Source of the DNA: Octopus vulgaris
Lineage: Eukaryota
DNA length: 64,000 nt
NCBI GenBank assembly: GCA_951406725.2
Contig: OX597835.1
Coordinates: forward strand, 40,176,001 to 40,240,000
Reading direction: 5' to 3'
In this document: piece by piece, positions 1-10,359 of the stretch
How the letters are laid out: each line of letters starts with the position of its first letter
Numbering within the stretch: position 1 is the stretch's first letter
Translations under genes and position numbers: made by a program
Notes under the pieces: model-generated
Told to the model about the DNA's origin: nothing
The model's input: only the letters and a program-made list of their open reading frames with translations
Databases searched by the model: none

Positions 1-36
1 AGCGATGTTGGGAGGACAAACACAGATACACACACG

Positions 37-68
<32 letters not shown>

Positions 69-899
69 TACGACGAGCTTCTTTCAGTTTCCGTTTACCA
101 AATCCACTCATAAGGTTTTGGTCGGCCCGAGGCTATAGTAGAAGACACTTGCCCAAGGTGCCACGCAGAGGGACTGAACCCGGAACCACGTGGTTCGTAA
201 GCAAGCTACTTACCACACAGCCACTCCTGCGTACATTTTCATAATTTGAGAAAATATTTTCTCCTGTATCTCTGACATGGTTTTCAAGGATATTTAGATA
301 ACAAGTGCTAAATATTCAAGTTTAATTATGAAATATTGTAAAAAGAAAAAAAAAATTTTTTTTAATTACATTTATTTGTAATTAAGCATTATGTAAATAG
401 TGTGTGGTGTGACCACACAAAACACATGGTGTGACCAGTTAGTTCCAGTAATAGACCAACCAAGGTGGTTAACGCATTAACAAGTAAACAACACAGCAGG
501 TTGTTTGTTTTTCATTTCTTACTGAAAGAAATAAGATGTCACTTAACAGCATCGATACCTGACCTGCTGAGAACAGCAGCCAAATTTCACTTATAACACA
601 CCCTATTGTCTATAAAAAAAAAGGGGGGGGGCATATTTTGTAATGTAGTCCAAAATACACTGGGATGGTCATGACTGGACTGCTAAACAACAAATCAATG
701 AGGGTAAATACACAGTCACTCAATTTGCCAGATTTTACACATGAATATTATGGATTATTGTCTATAAAAAAACTGATTGATGTATTAAAAATATATAAAT
801 AAATAAATACAAATATGTATAAAAATATAAGTAAATATGTATAAGTATATATATATAATGTATATAACAGTTTAAAAGTTTTTAATTAATTATTTAAAG

Positions 900-991
900 C
901 ATCTTACGATCGTTTCACAGAAGAGTTGTCCCTATAATGAAATCCTATATTGATAAGCATTTATAGACAACGCTTCTGCTCTTCAGAGATA
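900..991 (-). ncRNA. type I hammerhead ribozyme motif with long stem II
   Basis: Minus strand: uAUCU-CUGAAGA-GCAGAAGcGUUGUC...GACAACuCUUCUGU-GAAA-CGAUCG-UA^AGAUg. The core is complete, three stems form, and stem III is palindromic (ACGAUCGU). Confidence 0.8.
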
Positions 992-1867
992 TAAAATTTG
1001 AATTCTGTATAACATATCGAATGGTGGGTTTTTTTTTTAAAAATCCATATATACTTCCTTGGTTATTCTTCTGCAATAATCCATAATATTCATATGTAAA
1101 ATCTGTTATATTATCTTGTATTCTAAATATAGTTCATATAGTTAGTTTAGAAATGTGAAATTTGTATATATACATACAATATATATATACGATATATATA
1201 TATCATCACTATCATTGTTTAACATTAGTTTTCCATGCTAGCATGGGTTGGACGATTTGATTGAGGACTGGCAAACCAGATGGTTGTACCCGGCTCCGAT
1301 CTGATCTGGAAGAGTTTCTACAGCTTGATGCCCTTCCTAACGCCAACCACTCCGAGAGAGTAGTGGGTGCTTTTACGTGCCACCTGCACAGGAGCCAGTC
1401 CAGCGGCACTGGCAATGACCTCACTCGAATGTTATTCTTCACGTGTTAGTAAGGTGACGATCACGCTTGAATGGTGCTTTTTACGTGCCACCAGCACAGA
1501 AGACAGTCAGCTGCTCTGGTAATGATCACACTCGGATGGTGCTCTTAACGCTCCACTAGCATGGATGCCAGTCACCGAGTTTGATTTCGGCTTCGATTTC
1601 ACTTGCCTCAAAGGGTCTTCGCAAGCAGAGTTTAGTGTCCAATGAAGGAAAGGTACGCATAAGTGGGCTGGTTATACCCCAGGCAAAGGCCACGGGTTAT
1701 GGTCTCGCTTGGCTTGCCGGGTCTTCTCAAGTGCAGCCTATTTCCAAAGGTCTTGGTCAGTAGTCATTGTCGGTGAGGCCTAATGTTTGAAAGTTGTACT
1801 TCACCACTTCATCCCAGGTCTCCCTGGGTCTACCTCTTCCACAGGTATATATATATATATATATATA

Positions 1868-2072
1868 TAGGGAGAGTTTACGAAAATAAACAAAAGACGA
1901 AGGCAGGTGGTGTACAAACAAACAAATGTATTAGTATAGTGCTCAGGAATAGAAAAAGTCTTTTACGTTTCGAGCCTACGCTCTTCCACAGAAAGATACA
2001 CAGAAAAAAACAAGGAGAGAAAAAAAGGAGAGAAAAAAATGCTTGTAGTAGCTAACGATCTATCATGGCGTC
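1868..2072. mobile_element. Penelope-like pseudo-LTR / retrozyme-like fragment next to (TA)n; homologous inverted pair at 5646-5840 and 5888-6062
   Basis: About 200 bp present three times, twice starting at (TA)n-GGGAGAGTTTACG. It carries the hammerhead variant and has no ORF. Confidence 0.55.
1959..1996 (-). ncRNA. minimal hammerhead-like motif with variant core
   Basis: UCUUU-CUGUGGA-A-GAGC(GUAG)GCUC-GAAA-CG-UA^AAAGA. Further copies at 5712-5749 (+) and 5980-6015 (-). Confidence 0.6.
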
Positions 2073-4124
2073 TGACTTCGGACATACGTATATATACATT
2101 ACTTGGTGACCTTTCCAGTGCTTGGTGCATGTAAAAAGCATCCAATCTGCACTGTGAAGTGGTTGGCATTTGGAAGGGCATCCAGCTGTAAAAAACCATG
2201 CCCAAGAGAATCTCACCTGTGCTAGTGCCTCATAAAAAGCACTTAGTCCACTGGGGTGGTTGGTGTTAGGAAGGGCATCCAGCTGTTAAAACCATGCCAA
2301 AACAGACACAGTAGCCTAGTGTAGACTTCTACCTGGCTGGTTCGTGTCAAACTGTCCAACCAATGCAAGCAATGAAGACAGCCATTAAATGAGGATGAAA
2401 GCAAAATTTTTTCATAAACCTTTGAAATACTAATACACGCAAACAAAAATAAATTATTATTTTGCTTGCATGGACCTCCAAAACTTTTATATGGACCACC
2501 AGGGATCACACGGACCCTGATTGAGAACCACTGTTAAGTCAAATGGAAAGTGAGACAGTGGAGGAATGGTGTGGTAGATAGACCCATAAAAAGAAAAGAG
2601 AGAGTCCTGGAAGGAACAAGAGAATGGAGAGAAAGGAGGAGGAATAGCAGTGAGCAAGAAGTGCGGCTAGATAAAAAGTATTAAAGCTTAAAAGAGAAAG
2701 AGAGAGAGCTGCAGCATGGCAGGTGAACGGGGATCCAACATCTACTACACAAGATGATTTCATTATATGCATAGCAGAATGAAATCAGGGCTCATTTCAG
2801 GTCTTCAGTAGACTCTTGGCAAGTATTTGCCATTTATTTTACACATTAATAAATATCTAACCACAAAGCTCACCTAGCAATCACCTGGCACTGAATTCAA
2901 CCTCTTTACACAACCCCTTGAGCAAGTGTCTTCTATGAAAACCTTGAGTAAATTCAAGCATAATGACAGAAATTGGACATATATAGAAAGTATGTAGAAG
3001 CCTGCTGACTGGGTGACTTAATCCTTTAACACTCAGATTACTCTGTCAAATGTAGAGCTTATTCATTCATCTTTTTTGGAATTAATCCTGTATTATCTTG
3101 CAGCTTCAACAATTCAATGATGTAATCATTTATTTTTAGAATGACATTGTAGGATAGGTGTGAAAAGCTAAATCCAGTCAGTTTGAACATCAGAGGTACA
3201 TTTATTTGGGCTAGATATAACTAGTTTAAACACTAAAGTGTTAATCTCTGTCACCTCTATCTGCGACGATTTCATCTCAATCGAAGGAGAGGGGCTTTCT
3301 CCGTCCGGGTTGCGGATCCGTGGAATAAGCTGCTGGACGAGATGGTGAAGATGCCGACGACCACTCGGTTCAAAGTCTCTCTTGACCAGAAATAGCCTGA
3401 ACTCTTTGCATGAACACCCTCTCTGTACATAACTCCATATCCCCCTACATGGCCTTGCTTTTGCTTTTTGAGCCAAAAAATTAACTTAAGCTTTAACATC
3501 ACCACCAAATACTTTATGTGCCCTTCCTCTTGTTACTTGTCTCAGAAAGTCTGCAAAAGGAGTTATGAGTATGACTTCCTCTGAGTAAACCATGGAAAAA
3601 AAATTTATTTTGAATTGCCAAATCAAGACAAAGAAATAGGATGTCCCACTGATCTCTGCTTTTTAAGCACCCCCCTCTCTCTCTTCCTCATCTTTCTGCC
3701 AATATGTTTATCTACACTTCTGTGCAAGCCTTGCATTTACATTAGAATGAGATGATTTGGTACAGCTATTTGGACACAGGCAATTTGGCACAGCGGACTG
3801 AACATTCAGCCATTTCTGTGACAGTACCTTTTGGCACCAGAGGCAAGCATACTGGCACTCCATCGGTTATGATGATGAGAGTTCCAGTTGATCAGATCAA
3901 CGGAACATCTGCTCATGAAATCAACACGCAAGTGGGGTGAGCACTCCACAAACATGCACACCCTTAATGCAGTTCTCAGGGAGACTCAGCATGACACGGC
4001 AGATGACAAGGCTGGCTCTTTGAAATTACAGGTAGAATTCAGTTTTGCCAGTTGAATGAACTGGAAGTGCTGTGAAATAGAGTGCCTTGCTCAAGGAGAC
4101 AATGTGCCACTGGGTATCAAACTA

Positions 4125-4617
4125 CCGTATTTGACGGCATATAGGACGCACTTTTTTCCAAAAAATTTGGCTCAAAAAATCGCCCTGCGTCTAATATGCG
4201 AAGTCAAGACCCTTCCGTAGGCTAATCTTCTCCCAGACGCTCACTAACCTAGCTTACAAAAAGTATTTCTACCTACGCTAACGCCTTAATGATATTTTCC
4301 GTACTCATGCATCATTATTTTATTGCTATTATTATTATTATTATTACCAGTATTATTACTTTAAAATACGAATTATCGTAAAAATCAAAGCAATCTACCG
4401 TAAATTGTTAGGCTGCGATCCATGACACACGTTTACTAATATCAGCTGATCGGAACCCTAACTCGATGCCATCTTGCTTTTATACAGCAATGTTTTCTGC
4501 TTTTGTAATGTGCTGCTAGACTGCTTTCAACAATATATGCTTAAATACACTTAAAACTTTTTTTCCTGAATTTGACCTGCTGAAATGAGGGTGCGTCTAA
4601 TATGCCGTCAAATACGG
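4125..4617. mobile_element. Tc1/mariner-superfamily (Tc2/pogo-type) MITE
   Basis: TA|CCGTATTTGACGGCATAT...ATATGCCGTCAAATACGG|TA: TIRs with TA TSD, inserted into an older SINE. A shorter relative is at 55293-55453. Confidence 0.85.
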
Positions 4618-4664
4618 TAATTGTGAGATGAATACCCTAACCACAAAGCTACACACCTTCACAA

Positions 4665-4695
<31 letters not shown>

Positions 4696-6079
4696 TATAC
4701 ACATACAGATTGTGGGAGAGAGAGGTGAAGAGAGAGACATTCTGAGACCCCCTTTGGTCACGACACAGACCTTGGGATTGCACCTAGAGAGTTACCCTCC
4801 CAGGCACAAGTCCGGGCAAGGTTGTTTATGGAAGACCAGCAGTCGCCCATGCATACCGGCCTCCCCTCTCCACGTCACCAGTGTTATCCAAGGGAAAGGG
4901 AAAGGGGCCGATACAGCTTGGTACCTGTGACGTCGCAACTCATTTCTACAGCTGAGTGAACTGGAGCAACGTGAAATAAAGTGTCTTGCTCAAGAACACA
5001 ACACGCAGCCCGGTCCGGGATTCGAACTCACAACCTCACGATCGTAAGCTGGACGCTATAACCACTTAGCCATGCGCCTTCACATGAGAGACATTACAAT
5101 TTATTAATTAAACATGATCGACATAAACAGTTTCCCTCTCCTCAGACACATAAATAGAAATGTGCTCACAGAGAGAGAGGGAGGAGGAGGAGAGAGAGGG
5201 AGGAGGAGGAGAGAGAGGGAGATAAAGACGAGCAATGTTAAGACATTTGTTGGCACCAAATTAACTGAGCCAAAACGTCTCTGACCCCATTTACACACGT
5301 TTTATAAGTATGTGTGCACATGTGACATCAATACGCACTGCACTTGGTTAATGGTATCAAGCAATACAAAAGTTTATTTCTGCATTTCATACTTGTCTGT
5401 TTTTGAATCTTCTTTTGGACAATGCTGCCACAGTCAAGAGGAACATCTCTAGCACTTAGACATACTTCAGCTCTCTCTCTCTCTCTCTCTGATTCATTCT
5501 TCACAACACCACCTCTTCACTGGTCCTAATAATGGCTTTGCTTCACATGGATATTAACCAACTGACTACACCTGCCTGGCTTGCAACATACAAGCAGACA
5601 TGCACACAAATATATTCAAATCTTTTGCATTCCATTTATATGAAACGCCATAATGGACCGTTAGCTCCTACACGCATTTTTTTTTTTCTCTCCTTGTTTC
5701 TTTACTGTGTATCTTTCTGTCGAAGAGCGTAGGCTCGAAACATAAAAGACTTGTTCTATTTCTATTCCTGAGTGCCATACTAATACATTTGTTTGTTTGT
5801 ACTCCACCTGCCTTCGTCTTTTGTTTATTTTCGTAAACCTTATGAAATAAGAGCCTGAAATTATATACATATATATATATATATATAGGGAGAGTTTACG
5901 AAAAAAAAAACAAAAGACGAAGACAGGTGGTGTACAAAACAAACAGATGTATTAGTATAACGCTCAGGAATAGAAAAAGTCTTTACGTTTTGAGCCTACG
6001 CTCTTCTACAGAAAGGGACACAGAAAACAAGGAGAGAAAAATTGTGTGTAGTGGCTAATGATATATGAATGTATGTATA

Positions 6080-7306
6080 CAAGGGGTTGCTGAAAAGTTC
6101 CTGGCTTTAAGGGTATCATGCAAGAGTACAGCCGTTACCTATACTGCGGAACAACTATTTAGAAGAGGGGATGCAACAAATGATGATGGTATACAATATA
6201 TCTTTCTCTTTTGTAGATTTCATGCATGATAGCATCTCTTAAAGTGGATCTTGGTAAGATTGAAGCATCAGCAGTTATGAAGTTCTTTTTTCTGCAAAGC
6301 AAAAGAGCAGCGGAAATCCATGGCAAGATGAAGGAAGTCTTGAAGGATGACTGTTCATCTTTCTCCATGGTGAAAATCTTGTTGTCAAGGTTTCAGACTG
6401 GTCACTTTGAGGTCATAGTCGAACGGCCAACTTCTGCGACCACAGAGAACAAAGCTGATGCTGTGCATGTCAAGATCCTGAAGGACCACAGGAGTTCACC
6501 TAAAGTCATAGATGAGACTCCAGGGATTTCCTGTAAAAGAATTGGCCACATCATCCCCAACATTCTGGACAAGAGAAAGCTTTCTGCAAAATGGATGCTG
6601 GACTGTCTGAACACGGGTCAGAAACGCATCAAAGTGACGACATCAAAGGTGATTTTGGACTGGTTTGCAGCAGGAGAGGCTGATTTTATGGCTCGTTTAG
6701 TGACCATGGGTGAAACTTGGCTTCATAAGTAGTAATTAATGGTGCCACAGCAATTCACTGTGTCCCAAAAAGTTTCAAACCTAGAAGTCAGCTGGAAAGA
6801 TTCTGGCCTGAGTATTCTGGGACAAAGATGGAGTACTCCTCATAAAATACCTGCCATGGGTCACACCATCAACACAGAATACTACATGTTGGACAAACTG
6901 CATGAAGCTTTGAAGCAGAAATGCCATGGAAAGTTGAACCGTGTCCTGTTTTTGCAGGACAATGCAGCAGCACATCAAACTATGAAAAATATGCAGCTTT
7001 GGCTTCAAACAGGTAGGCTACCCACCTTACTCTGACTTGGCCCCTTCCGACTAACACCTCATTCTACAACTGAAGAAAACTCTCAAAGGAACGAAATTTC
7101 ACTCCAATTCAGAAGTGACCACTGCTATAGAGATCTGGTTGGAGGCCCAACTTTCCAAGTTCTTTTCACAGGGCTTAGAAAAACTGAAGATCTGCTGCAA
7201 TATGTGTGCGAATCTGAGAGGGGAATATGTTGAGTAAAATCATAATTAACTAATACCCCTGTATTTTCTTTTACCCAAAGCCAGGAACTTTTCAAGCACT
7301 CCCTTA
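6080..7306 (+). pseudogene. mariner (DD34D) transposon fossil with disrupted transposase
   Basis: TIRs (GCTGAAAAGTTCCTGGCTTT / AAAGCCAGGAACTTTTC). ORF pieces include AAEIHGKM, LSAKWM, LVTMGETW, LQDNAAAH and DLAPSD, with stops and frameshifts. Deleted derivatives at 16616-16787 and 34276-34492. Confidence 0.9.
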
Positions 7307-7413
7307 TGTGTATGTATATGTATGTATATTACGGGGTAGGTGTGAAAAAATACAGAATATAATTGAGACTCAATAACCATAAATAGTATAATAAACATTC
7401 TAGAGTCTATACC

Positions 7414-7643
7414 TATTTCTTTACTACCCACAAGGGGCTAAACACAGAGGAGACAAACAAGGACAGACAAACGGATTAAGTCGATTACATCGATCCCAGT
7501 GCGTAACTGGTACTTATTTAATCGACCCCGAAAGGATGAAAGGCAAAGTCGATCTCGGCGGAATTTGAACTCAGAACGTAACAGCAGACGAAATACGGCT
7601 ACGCATTTCACCCAGCGTGTTAACGTTTCTGCCAGCTCACCAG
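7414..7643 (-). mobile_element. tRNA-derived SINE with 14-bp TSD
   Basis: TSD CTAGAGTCTATACC at 7400-7413 and 7644-7657. B-box-like GTTCAAATTCC. Same family at 24340-24900 (tandem trimer), 47876-48108 and 49380-49608. Confidence 0.85.
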
Positions 7644-8348
7644 CTAGAGTCTATACCATCAATAATTAGTTTTTGATGCATCCTTTTTTTTGCTTTTATA
7701 ACCACTTTTATGCATTTTTGCATACTTGAGAATAAGTTGGTGCAAGTGACTGGGTCATTGTGTGACACTAATGTTTTTTCCTATTTTTCTAGTGATAACT
7801 TATCAGTGGTTAATATTTGTTGAAAATGTCTCTGAAGAAATGCATTCCTGGAGCTCGAAGGGCTCAAATCATTGCATTATCCAGTGAAGGATTCTTCCAA
7901 GTTGAAATTGCAAGAGAATTGAAATGCTCGAGAAGAGGTGTCCATCAAAAGGTACAATGAGACCAATTCTTTCAAAAACTATAAAGGATGAGGTCATGAA
8001 AAGTGTACAACCACAAGGGAAGACATGTTGCTGAAGAAGACATCTCTGGCAGATAGGAGAAAGACCTCTTTCGATGTAGCTGCTGAGTTTTATGTGGCAA
8101 AAAACAAGGAGATATCAACTCGCACAGTGAGAAGGTTACTAGAAGCTGGGCTCAAAGGATGTAAGGCCAAAAAGACATTGTTGCTGTCTGAGGTGAACAT
8201 GAAGAAGCAATTGTCTCGGGCAAAAGAGCATAAAAATTGAACTGATGATGATTGGGCTAAAGTCGTTTGGTCTGATGAAAGTAACTTTGATGTACGTTCT
8301 CCACATTCATTTCCACCACTTTACTAGGCACAACTAAAATTCTTACAC

Positions 8349-8740
8349 TCACTTTACTCTCTCTCTTTTACATGTTTCAGTCATTTGACTGCGGCCATGC
8401 TGGAGCACCGCCTTTAGTCGAGCAAATCGACCCCGGGACTTATTCTTTGGAAGCCCAGTACTTATTCTATTGGTCTCTTTTGCCGAACCGCTAAGTGACG
8501 GGGACGTAAACACACCAGCATCGGTTATCAAGCGATGTTGGGGGGACAAACACAGACACACACACATACATATATGCGATGAGCTTCTTTCAGTTTCTGT
8601 CTACCAAATCCACTCACGAGGCATTGGTCAGCCCGGGGCTATAGCAGAAGACACTTGCCCAAGATGCCACGCAGTGGGACTGAACCCGGAACCATGTGGT
8701 TGGTTAGCAAGCTACTTACCACACAGCCACTCCTGCGCCT
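8349..8740 (-). mobile_element. ~390-bp tRNA-derived SINE with internal (TA)/(TG) microsatellite
   Basis: Near-identical copies at 1-232, 25121-25670, 33218-33571, 35967-36370, 45188-46103 and 56070-56545. Head with A/B-box-like TGGCTGTGTGG...GGTTCAGTCCC. Confidence 0.85.
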
Positions 8741-9475
8741 ACACTTGTACAAATTTTTTATTGGATACCAAAAATGGCCAATAAATTTTTTTTTTCTTCT
8801 TAGATCTTTGGAACCCCTAGAGCTGTTTGCTGTAGAATTAGGGAAGCTTATTATCCTGGATGTGTTGTCCCAACAGTTAAATTTGGAGGAGAAAGCATAA
8901 TAGTTTGGGGCTGCATCTTGTCTTCAGGCCCAGGAATGTTGTTCACTTTTGAGAACGAAATGAATTCCAACATTTACACCAGCATGTTAGATCAAGTTTA
9001 TCAAACTTCCTTAGCTAAAATTTTCCATGATAACATCGTAGACGGTGTAATCTTTAAACAAGACAATGCTCCAGGTCACACATCCAGAATCTCAATGAGA
9101 TGGTTTGAAGAGAAAGGGATGAGGATCATAAAATGGCCCCTTCAGTCTCCAAAACTCAATCCCACTGGACATTAGTGGTCACATTCACATACAAGAGTAA
9201 AGGAGCACAAATATTCTTCAAAAACCAAATTAGAAGCCAAAATTCATGAAGGGTGGTAAAAAATTGACCAAGCCACTTGGGCCAACTAAGTCTCAAGTAT
9301 GCAAAAAATGCATAAAAGCAGTTATAAAAGCAAAAAGAGGATACAGCAAATACTAATTATTGATGGGATAGACTCTAGAATGTTTATTATACTGTTTTCA
9401 GTTATTAAGTAAAGGAGTATCAATTACATTCTCTATTTTTTCATACCTACCCCATAATTTTGGCCATGGGTGTGA

Positions 9476-9552
<77 letters not shown>

Positions 9553-9554
9553 GA

Positions 9555-10092
9555 AAGTGAAATCGAAATCAAATTCAATGACTGGCATCCATGCTAGTGG
9601 GGCGCAAAGAGCACCATATAAGTGTGATCGTTGACAGAGCGGCCAACCAGCTTTCGTGCCAGTGGTACATAAAAGGCACCATTCGAGTGTGATCGTTACC
9701 AGCATCGCCTTACTTGTGCCCCGTGCTAGTAAGGTGCTAAGAGCACCATCCGAGTGTGATCGTTGCCAGAGCGGCTAATTGGCTTCCGTGCCGGTGGCAC
9801 GTAAAAGGCACCATTCAATCGTGATCGTTACCAGTGTCGCCTTACTGGCACATGTAAAAACATTCAAGCGAGGTTGTTGCCAGTACCACCTGACTGGCCC
9901 TCATGCCAGTGGCACATAAAAGCACTCACTACACTCTCTGAGTGGTTGGCATTAGGAAGGGCACCCAGCTGTAGAAACTCTGCCAGATCAAGATTGGAGC
10001 CTGGTGCAGCCATCTGGTTCGCCAGTCCTCAGTCAAATCGTCCAACCCATGCTAGCATGGAAAGCAAACATTAAACAATGATGATGATGATG

Positions 10093-10095
<3 letters not shown>
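9555..10095 (+). mobile_element. RTE-type LINE 3' end with ~70-bp tandem units and (GAT)n tail
   Basis: Shared terminus CCAACCCATGCTAGCATGGAAAGC...(GAT)n, also at 1200-1845, 10570-10855, 13390-13690, 16115-16475, 52118-52260 and 57555-57850. At 58360-59560 it is contiguous with RT-coding sequence. Confidence 0.75.
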
Positions 10096-10136
<41 letters not shown>

Positions 10137-10157
10137 TATGTATACACACACACTTAA

Positions 10158-10359
10158 CCCTTTAACTGACGATAATTGGCCAAAATATTCTGTTCTAAGT
10201 TCAAAATGACCAGATCTTGCCTCTCATACCTTCCCGATAATGTCATTCTAAAAGTCACATCATTGAAATCTCAAATCTACAAGATAGTACAGGATTAATT
10301 CAAAACAATGTAAATAAATAAGCATTACATTTGAGAGAGTTAATCTGAATACTAAAGGG
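10158..10359. mobile_element. piggyBac-type MITE
   Basis: TTAA|CCCTTTA...TAAAGGG|TTAA. A degraded inverted copy is at about 3018-3244. Confidence 0.7.

Larger units (their letters stand above)
7330..9470 (+). pseudogene. Tc1 (DD34E-type) transposon fossil with long TIRs, an intron and two nested SINEs
   Basis: Inverted termini of roughly 170-200 bp (7330-7730 minus the SINE vs 9290-9455). Motifs ISTRTVRR, WSDESNFD|IFG, PTVKFGG, VWGC, KQDNAPGH, WPLQSPKLNP. Confidence 0.88.

Noticed and set aside
380-455. LHNA / YWN-like words suggesting tankyrase exon 2
   Set aside because: They are immediately followed by stops and lack splice context.
2785-2815. CUGAAGA-ccu-GAAA on the minus strand
   Set aside because: No stem I, II or III pairing; a chance core match.
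9590-9930. Regularly spaced ~70-bp repeats resembling a CRISPR array
   Set aside because: The units are homologous over their whole length with no unique spacers. This is a LINE 3' tandem repeat in a eukaryote, with no cas genes.
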